Shown: piece after piece, positions 1 through 9,328 of the stretch
Layout of the letters: each line of letters begins with the position of its first letter
Numbering within the stretch: position 1 is the first letter of the stretch
NCBI GenBank assembly: GCA_044226015.1
Contig: JBGAHS010000002.1
Span: 128,001-192,000, forward strand
Reading direction: 5' to 3'
DNA: 64,000 nucleotides
Origin: Candidatus Obscuribacteraceae bacterium
GTDB taxonomy: Bacteria > Cyanobacteriota > Vampirovibrionia > Obscuribacterales > Obscuribacteraceae
Notes under the pieces: model-generated
The model's database searches: none
Told to the model about the DNA's origin: nothing
What the model saw: only the letters and a program-made list of their open reading frames with translations
Made by a program: the position numbers and the translations under genes

Positions 1-1315
1 CGCCTTGATTTTGCATACCGTTGTTGAAGCCCTGGTTTGGCGAGCCAAATTGCTGATAACTACCAGAGTTTCCCATTTGGTTTTGGGGTCGCTGTGCATT
101 TCCAAACATTTGGTTTTGCATGCCGTTTTGGTTTTGATACGCCTGCTGATTTGGATATTGTTGGTTTTGAAATTGTTGCTGATTCTGAAATCCTGATTGT
201 CCCTGAAAGCCGTTTTGGTTGGGGGCTCCTTGCTGTCCATAACGAGGAGAATTCTGGAACCCTTGCTGATTTTGGAAGCCTTGATTAGGGTTGCTTTGCT
301 GATTTTGAAAGCCAGCTGATTGCTGCCCCTGAAAGCCTTGTTGATTTTGGAACCCCTGCTGATTTGGAAATCCCTGCTGATTTGGGAATCCTTGCTGGTT
401 CGGCAGCCCCTGCTGATTTTGAAAACCCTGCTGATTTGGAAATCCTTGCTGATTTGGAAATCCTTGCTGGTTCGGCAGCCCCTGCTGGTTGCTGTTCCCT
501 GGCAAATTTTTGAATCCCTGGGACTGATTTACAGCCCCTTGATTCTGGAAATTGCCGGAACCCATCCCATTTTGCATGCCGTTGTTTTGCGGCATCGGAG
601 CTTGATTTTGAAAGCCTGCACCAGTTCCCTGAGTGAAGGGTCTACCTTGTGGCACAGGTTGCGCGGGAACAGACTGCGGTGCTTGCGTTATCGGGTAGTA
701 TGCCGAATTTGAATTGCCAGCACTTGCTGGGCCCGACGATAATTGCTGAGCTGGACTCACGGGCGAAAACGGCGTTGGAGGTGGACTTGTTGCCGAATTT
801 CCAAAGGCTGTTTGCCCGAGAAGTTTTGATTCTAGTTTCGCAATTCGTTGGTCGATTGGCATTCCAGTATTTCTTTTGTTGAATACCTCATTTTCGAGAT
901 GGTCGAGGCGATCATCAAGCTCATGCTCGGGATAAGGACTGCCAAAAGAAAGTTGTTCTAAGCGTGAGATTCTCTGCTCGTATGCAGCTGCTTCAGCCGC
1001 CGATGGCGCTACCGAAGGGCTCCACCCGGCAGGCGGCTCATCTTTCAGAACACTGGGTCCATCAGGGTTAGGATTGTCTAGCGTGCGCTTGGGAGCCCCC
1101 AATGGTTGCCCCTGAATACCACTTCCAAACGGGTTAGCTGGCTGTGGCGAAGGATTGTTTCCCGTCACCTCAGGCGCTGGTGGAGGTGTGTCGTACTCCG
1201 CCTGGCTTGGGTCAATGGCTTTCAGCGCAGCATTGGAAGCAGCCATCACATCCAACCCGCAGCCTATCCAGAGCAAGCTAATCAGGTTAGAAATGATAAT
1301 TGGCGTTTTCTTCAT
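1..1315 (-). CDS. Secreted Gln/Asn/Gly/Pro-rich protein with tandem NQQG(F/L)(P/Q) repeats; partial, runs off the window start
   Basis: Absent from the ORF track. My translation from ATG 1315 (ATGA overlap with the stop of 1312..2568) gives MKKTPIIISNLISLLWIGCGLDVMA (signal-like), then RISRLEQLSFG...RLDHLENEVF...RIAKLESKLLG, then Q/N-rich repeats, open to position 2. Confidence 0.85.
   Translation of the reverse strand, partial: MKKTPIIISNLISLLWIGCGLDVMAASNAALKAIDPSQAEYDTPPPAPEVTGNNPSPQPANPFGSGIQGQPLGAPKRTLDNPNPDGPSVLKDEPPAGWSPSVAPSAAEAAAYEQRISRLEQLSFGSPYPEHELDDRLDHLENEVFNKRNTGMPIDQRIAKLESKLLGQTAFGNSATSPPPTPFSPVSPAQQLSSGPASAGNSNSAYYPITQAPQSVPAQPVPQGRPFTQGTGAGFQNQAPMPQNNGMQNGMGSGNFQNQGAVNQSQGFKNLPGNSNQQGLPNQQGFPNQQGFPNQQGFQNQQGLPNQQGFPNQQGFPNQQGFQNQQGFQGQQSAGFQNQQSNPNQGFQNQQGFQNSPRYGQQGAPNQNGFQGQSGFQNQQQFQNQQYPNQQAYQNQNGMQNQMFGNAQRPQNQMGNSGSYQQFGSPNQGFNNGMQNQG
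329..490 (-). repeat. Nine in-frame 18-bp tandem repeats with a 72-bp higher-order period
   Basis: Units encode NQQGLP-NQQGFP-NQQGFP-NQQGFQ twice, then NQQGFQ. Confidence 0.95.
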
Positions 1316-2568
1316 TGTTTAAGCAGATTATCGTCTAGTTCGCCGCCGATCCGAAGACTCGTCTGAAGGTTCAGTATATTCTCTTTGTTGACTGTGCTCA
1401 ACACCGTCTCAGGTCGCAAAACCACATCGCTCAAAAGCTGGTGAATCTCTGGGTCGCGCTGACGTAAAACATCTCGACTTTCCTTAACTGCATACGACGC
1501 CACACACTCTGCCCAATACTCATGCCAGCTTGTTCGCGCATACCCTGAAACGAACACTCTCTCTTCTATCATGTGCGGCTGAATAAGTTCTGAAAGGGTC
1601 TCGGCATCTTCCGGCAAAACATGCATTCTCTGGCTCGTCACAAGCTTCTTCTCGTACGCATCTTTAATTCGATGCTGAACATGCTGTGCCAAACAGAATT
1701 CCAACTGGTGCCCGTATTCGTGAGCTACAACAAGATTGATACGCACCTCGATTAGAGGCTTTATTCGAGCAGGAATCGCCATCAAAGCGCCAAATTTCCT
1801 GTAGAAATTTACTTCTCTTTCAAACTCTTCGCGGTCAAGCGTGACATTGCCAGTGCGAACTCCAGTAACTCCAGAGGCACCATGTTTCACATTTCCCAGA
1901 CCGGCTGTGCCCTCGCTTTTACGCACCAATTGAACCAGTCCACACAAAGCAAAAACTTTCATCGTATCGATAACGTACTTCTTCTGCTGGCTGTTAACGC
2001 GGTCAAAATCAGAGAAGTAGCGGACTATCTCGTTTTCCCAATAACTCTTGTCGGGCTTGTGCAACGAGCGCTGGAACTCATGTTTCCAAGCTTGCCCATT
2101 ACTTTTAGTGCCCTGAAAGAAAGTGGACAATTGTGAGTAATCGTCCATTTTTCGCAACTGGTCAGGAAATCGTGGGTCGCGAAAGTATAAGGTTCCATCA
2201 TCAGTCATTTTGCCAATGACCTTGTGGTCGGCTGTGGCGACACGTCCAAACAAAACCAGCATGTCTCGCCCGTTATATTTCAGACCGCCGATGGGTCCTT
2301 TCTCAGGACCAGGCAAGTTGATCTGCTGATCATCACTATCGATGCCCTGAAACATAGCTCCGGGAAGCTCTTCAATCGTTTTCAGATTGTCCCAAACGCC
2401 CAGAGGCTCACCGTTGCCAGCGATCAGCCCGTCCTCAAACAAGAACCCAATCGTCTGTTTTCCGTCGAGGGAAAGAACCTTCCCATAGTCAACAGTAAGC
2501 ATCGTAGAGCCCAGGTAGAGGAACCCGGTCGGTCCCGTAGGTTGTTTTTGCTCAACCGTTTTTGTCAT
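1312..2568 (-). CDS. Putative zinc metallopeptidase with a C-terminal ATLF/PPEP/MtfA-like domain
   Basis: VAHEYGHQLE (HExxH) plus downstream SGYARTSWHEYWAE. No signal peptide seen. Confidence 0.6.
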   Translation of the reverse strand: MTKTVEQKQPTGPTGFLYLGSTMLTVDYGKVLSLDGKQTIGFLFEDGLIAGNGEPLGVWDNLKTIEELPGAMFQGIDSDDQQINLPGPEKGPIGGLKYNGRDMLVLFGRVATADHKVIGKMTDDGTLYFRDPRFPDQLRKMDDYSQLSTFFQGTKSNGQAWKHEFQRSLHKPDKSYWENEIVRYFSDFDRVNSQQKKYVIDTMKVFALCGLVQLVRKSEGTAGLGNVKHGASGVTGVRTGNVTLDREEFEREVNFYRKFGALMAIPARIKPLIEVRINLVVAHEYGHQLEFCLAQHVQHRIKDAYEKKLVTSQRMHVLPEDAETLSELIQPHMIEERVFVSGYARTSWHEYWAECVASYAVKESRDVLRQRDPEIHQLLSDVVLRPETVLSTVNKENILNLQTSLRIGGELDDNLLKQ

Positions 2569-2675
2569 TTCTCGATAATAGCGATTTTGTTATGCTCAAA
2601 GCTGAAAAAAGTTCGCCCCAATTGGATTATTACCGCTTGGCGTGAATTTTTAACTGCTTTTCAATCATTTTGACA

Positions 2676-2699
2676 GAAAGGGCGCTTTCGCGCCCTTTT
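2676..2699 (-). terminator. Intrinsic terminator after transaldolase, possibly bidirectional
   Basis: AAAGGGCGC-TTTC-GCGCCCTTT hairpin. Confidence 0.75.
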
Positions 2700-2714
2700 G
2701 TGAGATCACTTTGC

Positions 2715-3371
2715 TTACTTAGCAAGAGTTAGCTGAGATTTCTTCCAGTCTGCGAGGAATTTTTCATTTCCTGCATCGGTCAGCGGATGCGACACGAGCT
2801 GCTTGAAGATTTTGTATGGCATCGTGCAAATATCAGCGCCGGAGAGGGCTGCCTGAGTCACATGTACAGGGTGCCTGATGCTGGCAGCGAGAACTTCGGT
2901 TTCAAAACCGTAGATTGAGAAGACCTGGGCGATCTGGGCAATTAGCTCATTTCCGTCCTGATTAATGTCATCGAGGCGTCCGACGAATGGGCTAACGAAG
3001 GTAGCACCTGCTCTTGCAGCCAGAATTGCCTGGTTTACCGAGAAACAGAGGGTAACATTGACTTTGATGCCTTCAGAGGACAGCGCCTTACAAGCTTTTA
3101 AGCCAGCAGGCGTCAGTGGGCACTTAACCATGACATTTGGAGCCCAAGTGGCGATGCTTTTGCCCTGCTTGATCATTTCGTCGGCATCTTCGGTGACAAC
3201 TTCTGCACTCACCGGTCCGTCTACTACTTTACAAATGTCGATAACTCTAGTCTTGAAATCTATACCCTCTTTGGCTACCAGTGAAGGGTTGGTGGTGACG
3301 CCGTTAAGCACGCCCCAGTCAGCGATTTCCTTGATCTCATCCAGATTGGCCGTATCCAAAAATAGTTTCAC
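2715..3371 (-). CDS. tal: Transaldolase, short FSA/TalC type
   Basis: [14 protein letters not shown] and the Schiff-base Lys in VKCPLT. The Glu in SAEV and Phe in SPFVGR favour transaldolase over FSA. Confidence 0.92.
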   Translation of the reverse strand: MKLFLDTANLDEIKEIADWGVLNGVTTNPSLVAKEGIDFKTRVIDICKVVDGPVSAEVVTEDADEMIKQGKSIATWAPNVMVKCPLTPAGLKACKALSSEGIKVNVTLCFSVNQAILAARAGATFVSPFVGRLDDINQDGNELIAQIAQVFSIYGFETEVLAASIRHPVHVTQAALSGADICTMPYKIFKQLVSHPLTDAGNEKFLADWKKSQLTLAK

Positions 3372-3479
3372 AGTGCTGCTCCTCAGACGTAAAATCTAGG
3401 CAAATTTTAGTAGGGCTTCAAGTATACCCAGTCCCTGAGGTATAAGATGTCGAATAGAGGCTTTTCCTAAGGATTTCCA

Positions 3480-4946
3480 TTGAAAATCAATACAAAGGGC
3501 CAATCGAGATTGAACCCCTGGCCAATGACAGCTTTGGCTTGTGCGTGCGCTGTCGGCGCCGTTGCGGCCTTCTGCATAACCTGTCGACCACAGGCTCAGG
3601 CACTGACAAAACCAGTGTCCCGAGTCAGTTCGCAGCCACCAGCGCCTGCGGGTCCGACAATGCCCTCGATTGACATGGTCATTCCAAGGCTGACTCAGAA
3701 GACTACGGTTTTGCTCATGGGTGTCGACTCAAATGGCTCGAACGCCCCTGACCCATTTGTTGGAACCAGAACTGACACTATGATGTTAGTCAGTGTCGAC
3801 CCCATCGAAAACAAAGTGGGTGTCATCTCAATTCCGAGAGACAGCCGAGTTCGCATTCCTAATCACGGTGTGGACAAGATCAATTCTGCACACGCATTTG
3901 GTGGACCAGAATTGACCATGCAAACCGTGCGCGAAGCATTCGGAGTGCCAGTTGATCACTTCATCGAAGTAGACACAGGCGGTCTCAAAAAACTGTTTGA
4001 AATATTAGGACCAGTTGAAGTCCTTGTTGAAAAGGAAATGCATTACGTAGACCACACGGCAAAATTGACTGTCGATTTGAAGCCAGGGCTGCAAATTCTC
4101 ACACCAGCGCAAACAGAAGAATATGTGCGATTCCGCCATGATGCGCGCGGAGACATTGGAAGAATTGAGAGACAACAATGGTTTGTGCGACAGGCAGCGA
4201 AGAAGTTCAAAGAGCCAGAAATTGTATTGAAATTACCGCAGCTCGTCATGCTCGGATACAAGTGCGTCAGAACTGACCTCCCAATGCAAGACGTAATGAG
4301 CCTTGCAGCATTCGCAAAAGACTTTCCTCATGAGCGCGTAGTCACAGCTATGCTTCCAGGCGAAGGACAGATGATAAACGGCGGCAGTTATTGGGTGCCA
4401 GATCCACTGGCTGGCCAAGCCACTTTCAACAAAATACTCGGCTGCTCAACAGCTGGCATTGTTTCAGCCAGCGAAAACCCACCATCAGCTGAGCTTACAC
4501 TTCCGGAAGATAGTGAGCCGCTGGCAAGCACGCCAGGACTCAATTACGACTCTTCGCCAAAACCAGCATCTGTTGCTATCAAATACCCAAAGGGCTGCGA
4601 ACAGATTTCGATTGCTCTGTCGGAACAGCTTACACAGGCTGGCTTTAAGGTTCGATATCGCTGGCAAATTTCAGACTCAGATTGCCAACACGAGTTGCTT
4701 GTTCAACAAAGCGTGAAAGCCAACGATGAAAATACAAGTCGCATCTATCAGATGGTTCCTGAAATGCAGAGCTTCCCAGTCTCGGTTGCAATGGAAGCGC
4801 ATCCTTCGACCGATTTCACGATTGTCATTTCGCCGAATACGCAGATGCCCTCTATTTGCCACAACTTCATCAACCCAAGCTTGCAGCAAAAAGCGCCCCC
4901 ACTTAACATAAGTGCGAGCGCTATTCCGTTGATGCCTCAAGAGTAG
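3480..4946 (+). CDS. LCP (LytR-CpsA-Psr) family protein with a LytR_C-like C-terminal region
   Basis: LLMGVD, RTDTMML, SIPRDS, KINSAHAFGG, RFRHD, GDIGRIERQQ; N-terminal hydrophobic anchor. Confidence 0.92.
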   Translation: MKINTKGQSRLNPWPMTALACACAVGAVAAFCITCRPQAQALTKPVSRVSSQPPAPAGPTMPSIDMVIPRLTQKTTVLLMGVDSNGSNAPDPFVGTRTDTMMLVSVDPIENKVGVISIPRDSRVRIPNHGVDKINSAHAFGGPELTMQTVREAFGVPVDHFIEVDTGGLKKLFEILGPVEVLVEKEMHYVDHTAKLTVDLKPGLQILTPAQTEEYVRFRHDARGDIGRIERQQWFVRQAAKKFKEPEIVLKLPQLVMLGYKCVRTDLPMQDVMSLAAFAKDFPHERVVTAMLPGEGQMINGGSYWVPDPLAGQATFNKILGCSTAGIVSASENPPSAELTLPEDSEPLASTPGLNYDSSPKPASVAIKYPKGCEQISIALSEQLTQAGFKVRYRWQISDSDCQHELLVQQSVKANDENTSRIYQMVPEMQSFPVSVAMEAHPSTDFTIVISPNTQMPSICHNFINPSLQQKAPPLNISASAIPLMPQE

Positions 4947-4959
4947 AAATACAAGCTAA

Positions 4960-5169
4960 TTAGTCATCAAGCTTGAAGCCAATCTTGATTGTTACTTGAA
5001 ATTCTTTGACTTCGCCATCTTTGATCAGACCGCGTTGATCAACCACTTCAAACCAACCCAAATTGCGTAGTGTTTTGGAAGCTCTTCTGACAGCAACCTT
5101 GGTTGCATCTGCGTAGCTCTCTGTTGAAGTTCCAACAATTTCGCTCATTTTGTACGTTGTTCCGGACAT
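4960..5169 (-). CDS. Dodecin family flavin-binding protein
   Basis: YKMSEIVGTS...ASKTLRNLGWFEV...EFQVTIKIGF; SD AAGGAG precedes ATG 5169. Confidence 0.92.
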   Translation of the reverse strand: MSGTTYKMSEIVGTSTESYADATKVAVRRASKTLRNLGWFEVVDQRGLIKDGEVKEFQVTIKIGFKLDD

Positions 5170-5320
5170 GATTCTCTCCTTGCTCAAGATTGCAAATACA
5201 ATCTAATATGCTTGGCATCGCGCTTCCGGCATGCTTTTATCAACACTTTAGAAATTGAAAAAAAACGACAGCAAATTCGTTGTAAAAAACGAATTTGCAC
5301 TTGATAGCGTTCAGCTCAGT

Positions 5321-5938
5321 TCACTTCTTGGAAATTGCTTCAAGCACTTCTGGTGCCAGCCAACCTCGCTCCAAAAGTGTTTGCTCGACTGGCGTTCCGT
5401 TGTCACAATGTTCGATCAGGGCGATGCAGACCATGTCTTCTGGCAAAACTCGCAACCCAATCAAGCGCAAGCCGAAAAGATAAGGGGAGTCATCAGGCAA
5501 TTCCATGGATACCTGAGTTGAGAGAACAGCCTCGAGCTCTTCGCTATTAATCAGACCTTGCTCAAGCAAAATTTCGCCCAAAGGCCTGTGCTCGATTTCC
5601 TGTTCTTCAATAGCAAACTGCAATTGACGTATGTTGATCTTTCCTGCAGCAATCAATATTTGACCGAACTTAGGCCAGAAAGGTTCTACGCCCTCTTCAT
5701 CAGCCTCTTCGAACTCTTCATTCATGATTCGAGCATAGGCATTTTCTACTTCCAATTGTGCCTGGGCAGCTTGCACCCAGGCCTGCGGAGAATGCAAGAA
5801 TGCACCCTCATCCAGCCCATCGAACAGCCTCCAGTAAGCTTCTTCGACGGCTAAGCGAGATGCGTTTCGATCCAATCCCAATATAAGGAATGGACAAATT
5901 GCATGAGTTTTTGTTTTTCGCTCTAAAACTGTGCTCAT
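5321..5938 (-). CDS. Degenerate J-like N-terminus plus MshEN-like repeats
   Basis: PFLILGLDRNAS...EEAYWRL with no HPD; KFGQILIAAGKI...LQFAIEEQ and PLGEILLEQGLI...LEAVLSTQ. Confidence 0.6.
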   Translation of the reverse strand: MSTVLERKTKTHAICPFLILGLDRNASRLAVEEAYWRLFDGLDEGAFLHSPQAWVQAAQAQLEVENAYARIMNEEFEEADEEGVEPFWPKFGQILIAAGKINIRQLQFAIEEQEIEHRPLGEILLEQGLINSEELEAVLSTQVSMELPDDSPYLFGLRLIGLRVLPEDMVCIALIEHCDNGTPVEQTLLERGWLAPEVLEAISKK

Positions 5939-6030
5939 AACTAAATCCTTTAAAGCGCTTCTGATTCGAGTTTAGTTCTTCGGAGGTAAATACGTCAGCA
6001 GGAAATGCTATGCAGGCTCGAAGCAGCCAG

Positions 6031-6062
6031 AAAGAAAAAGACACCCGCCAGAGGCAGGTGTC
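6031..6062 (-). terminator. Intrinsic terminator after korB
   Basis: GACACCCGCC-AGA-GGCAGGTGTC hairpin (one imperfect pair) with a minus-strand U-tract. Confidence 0.7.
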
Positions 6063-6087
6063 CAATTCAAGAATTCGATTTTGCTGA

Positions 6088-6966
6088 CTAAATCATTTCG
6101 TTGATGAAATCAGCCATCACTTCTTTGCTGAGTCCGAGAGATTGCTTCACGAGCGGTCCTCTGCGAAGAACAGGATCTGTTTCCTCGTAGGTTGTTTGCT
6201 CAGCTTTGTAGAGAACTCCCAGCGGAATCTTGTCGCCCCACTCAAATGATTTTTGAAGCGAGGTGTGGAAATCGGAAGGATCGAAACCGGTATCTTCCAA
6301 CTTGTAGACACGCTCTTTGAACCATGGGTAGGTATTGATTTTGTTGTATGTGACGCAAGGGCTGTACACATCGATGAGTGCGAAGCCTTTGTGTGCAATA
6401 CCACCAGCAATCAAATCGATCAATTGCTTTTGTTCACCAGAGAAACCGCGAGCTACATATGTAGCACCTGCTGTAATTGCAACGGCTACTGGATTCAAAG
6501 GTATTTCAGCATTACCGTGCGGTGTTGATTTCGTCTTGTGACCACGGGTTGTGGTTGGCGAAGCTTGACCAGTGGTCAAACCATAAATCTGGTTGTCCAT
6601 GACGATGTAAGTCATGTCCAGATTTCTTCTCATAGCGTGGATGAAGTGGCCAATACCGATACCGTATCCGTCGCCATCGCCACCAGTACAGATGGTCTTC
6701 ATGTCGGTGTTAGCGAGATGCGCGCCAGTTGCTACTGCAACTGAACGTCCGTGCAAGCTGTGAATACCGTATGCATTGATGAATCCAGGAAGGTTAGATG
6801 AACAACCGATACCAGATACTACTAGAAGATCTTTCGGTTGAACGCCGCACTTTCCTGCTGCAGTTTGCAAAGACTTCAGTACGCCGAAGTCTCCGCATCC
6901 AGGACACCAATCCGGATCAACCGGTCCCTTATAGGTGTCGACGGGAAGTTCAATTACTGTTGCCAT
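6088..6966 (-). CDS. korB: 2-oxoacid:ferredoxin oxidoreductase beta subunit
   Basis: WCPGCGDF, SGIGCS, LHGR, GGDGDG...N TPP motif, YGLTTGQASPT, SPCVTYN. Confidence 0.93.
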   Translation of the reverse strand: MATVIELPVDTYKGPVDPDWCPGCGDFGVLKSLQTAAGKCGVQPKDLLVVSGIGCSSNLPGFINAYGIHSLHGRSVAVATGAHLANTDMKTICTGGDGDGYGIGIGHFIHAMRRNLDMTYIVMDNQIYGLTTGQASPTTTRGHKTKSTPHGNAEIPLNPVAVAITAGATYVARGFSGEQKQLIDLIAGGIAHKGFALIDVYSPCVTYNKINTYPWFKERVYKLEDTGFDPSDFHTSLQKSFEWGDKIPLGVLYKAEQTTYEETDPVLRRGPLVKQSLGLSKEVMADFINEMI

Positions 6967-6990
6967 TTTTTGTTCCCTCTTGCCGTAAGA

Positions 6991-8988
6991 CTAGCTGACC
7001 GTTGTGTATGAATACGTAGCACCGGTCTCAACGCCAACGACGATTTCGCCAGCCTTGTTTCCAGAGCTTCTTTCAACGAGTTCAACCTTCCAGGTTGGCT
7101 CGCCGTGTCCATTCTTCTCGCCCTTGGTCACAGCAGCTGGACGCAGTCTTTCAGCGTAGTGTGTGCGCAAGTAGTGATAAGCCATCTCTCTAGCGTCATG
7201 TTCGGTGACATTCAAGCAAATCTTGGTAGCGCCGAGTATGCGTTTGACGTGGTCAACGACATAGTTTGGCTCAAGTGGTTCGCCATCATATTTGGTGACA
7301 TGATCGTCCATCGAAATACCTGTTTCAGCCTTGATGTGACGTGCCATCTGGCTCGTAAAGTTAAGCTCAACAGAGATTTTCTTTTTGCACTTGCTAAGAA
7401 TTTCTGAGACTTCTTTTGCATGGAACGGAGCAATGTACTTGAGGATCAAGTAATTGGTCTTGGTACCACCTGCGGTGAGTCTCTCAGCAGCTTCTCTGAT
7501 GACGCCGTAGCTTGAACCCCAACCAACCAAAGTCACGTCTGCATCAGCTGGTCCTTCCAGAACAGGAGCCTTGAGGTCCTTCAGAAGGTTTTCAACTTTG
7601 CGCATGCGCTTTTCCATCATCTTGCGGCGCATGGGTGGGCTTGTGAACATATCGGAAACAAGAATGCTCTCTTCATCGTGTTCATCAGTTCCAGAAACAT
7701 ACAGAGTATTCGCAGTGCCTGGAATTGCTCTCGGAGAAACACCACTAGGAGTGTTCTTAAAGCGCTTATATTTGCCGTTCTTTTCGACATCCCACTCGCT
7801 AACCATCTGTCCGCGATCGATCTTGATGTCGGTGCGGAAGACTTCAGCATCAACTGTCTCTGGGTGCTCAGAAAGCAACAGGTCAGACATAATCAAAACT
7901 GGCATTTGGTATTTATCTGCAAGATGGAACGCTTCCACTGTAGATTCATAAGCATCTGGAATGTCACGTGGGCAAACAATCAAGCGTGGGAATTCGCCTT
8001 GCGAAGCTCCGAACACCTGATGCAAGTCTGCTTGTTCAGTTTTTGTTGGAAGTCCAGTTGAAGGTCCGCCACGTTGAACTTCGACCACTACTACAGGCGC
8101 TTCCATGATGCCAGCCATACCAACTGCTTCAGTCATCAAAGCGAAGCCACCACCTGCGGTTGCGCACATTGAACGCACTCCACCGAGCCCGGCTCCGACC
8201 GCCATGTTAATAACGGACAATTCATCTTCCGCTTGCTTAACGCAGATGCCAGCTTGTTCAGCATGGTTAGCCATCCAGTGAAGAATGGTTGATGCTGGTG
8301 TCATCGGATAAGCAGAGTAGAATTTGCAACCAGCTGCTGCAGCTGCCATAGCGATGGCTTCATTGCCTGTGCAGAATGGTCTTCTTGTGTTGTTCATCTT
8401 CCACTCAGCATTGAGTGGCTTGAAGTTCTTTGTTGCATAGTCATAACCAGCTTGCAACAAGCCAACGTTTAGATCGATAACCTTATCGCCTTTGTGAGCG
8501 AAGGTATCTTTCAATACGTCAATGGCGCTTTCGACGCCAAGTCTGGTGAGTCCCAACACCGCACCCACAGCTACTGTGTTCTGCATGATGGGAAGAATAG
8601 GTCCATGCTTTTCGACCACTGGCTTTGTTATTTCAGCCATTGGCAGTCCAACGATTTGCACATCCTTTGCTTTCGGAAGTGCTGGATCTACTTTCAATTT
8701 GTCAGAATTGAATACGAGGTAGCCGCCCTCGTCCAATTCGGGAAGATGTCTTTCGATACTGTCCTGATTGAGCGCGATAACCGCAGTGAGCTTATCGCCA
8801 TGGTTATAAACTTTTTCCTGACCGATTCTTAGTCTGAGCCAGATGTGACCGCCTCTGATGATGGACTGATAGCTGTTGTAGGCATACACATGGAGACCAT
8901 GCCGACCGGCTGCTCTTGCCAGGGTATCGCCAGACTTATCAAGACCGTCGCCTGCAGCTCCAGCAATTCCTACCGTAACTTCTAGCAT
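6991..8988 (-). CDS. korA: 2-oxoacid:ferredoxin oxidoreductase alpha subunit (gamma-alpha fusion) with a C-terminal extension
   Basis: GAAGDG, IIRGGH, YPMTPAS, QAEDEL, GGGFALMTE, QRGGPSTGLPTKTEQAD; SD AAGGAG before ATG 8988. Confidence 0.93.
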   Translation of the reverse strand: MLEVTVGIAGAAGDGLDKSGDTLARAAGRHGLHVYAYNSYQSIIRGGHIWLRLRIGQEKVYNHGDKLTAVIALNQDSIERHLPELDEGGYLVFNSDKLKVDPALPKAKDVQIVGLPMAEITKPVVEKHGPILPIMQNTVAVGAVLGLTRLGVESAIDVLKDTFAHKGDKVIDLNVGLLQAGYDYATKNFKPLNAEWKMNNTRRPFCTGNEAIAMAAAAAGCKFYSAYPMTPASTILHWMANHAEQAGICVKQAEDELSVINMAVGAGLGGVRSMCATAGGGFALMTEAVGMAGIMEAPVVVVEVQRGGPSTGLPTKTEQADLHQVFGASQGEFPRLIVCPRDIPDAYESTVEAFHLADKYQMPVLIMSDLLLSEHPETVDAEVFRTDIKIDRGQMVSEWDVEKNGKYKRFKNTPSGVSPRAIPGTANTLYVSGTDEHDEESILVSDMFTSPPMRRKMMEKRMRKVENLLKDLKAPVLEGPADADVTLVGWGSSYGVIREAAERLTAGGTKTNYLILKYIAPFHAKEVSEILSKCKKKISVELNFTSQMARHIKAETGISMDDHVTKYDGEPLEPNYVVDHVKRILGATKICLNVTEHDAREMAYHYLRTHYAERLRPAAVTKGEKNGHGEPTWKVELVERSSGNKAGEIVVGVETGATYSYTTVS

Positions 8989-9277
8989 CCTGTTCGTCTC
9001 CTTCGCCAAGCGCAAAAGGGGTAATTTCTGAGCCAGCCCGAGTTGTCTCGTTCTGCCTCTTAAAGTCAATCGTCCATATCAAAATGGCTTGTTAAGCCAA
9101 CAGATATAAAACGACCGGGTTAGGATAGCATAACCGCTCATAGCATTTAGCTTATGAATAGCTTTATTAAGCGAAAGAGGCTTCGCGAGCGGTGATCAGC
9201 ATTTCATGTGCACACTATCTAGATTTACTCTTACAGTTCAACCAAGCTTTCGCTCGAATCCGCGCATCTTATGCCAG

Positions 9278-9310
9278 AAAAACAAAACGAGCGCTTGACA
9301 GGCGCTCGTT
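9278..9310 (-). terminator. Intrinsic terminator
   Basis: AACGAGCGC-TTGACAG-GCGCTCGTT with an A-tract on the + strand, downstream of 9329..9880. Confidence 0.7.
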
Positions 9311-9328
9311 CATTTTGCTTTCTGACTG

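Noticed and set aside
329..490. Possible CRISPR array
   Set aside because: Contiguous 18-bp in-frame coding repeats with no spacers and no cas genes.
5..882. Leu-rich plus-strand ORFs in the track
   Set aside because: Antisense shadows of the minus-strand NQQGF repeat gene.
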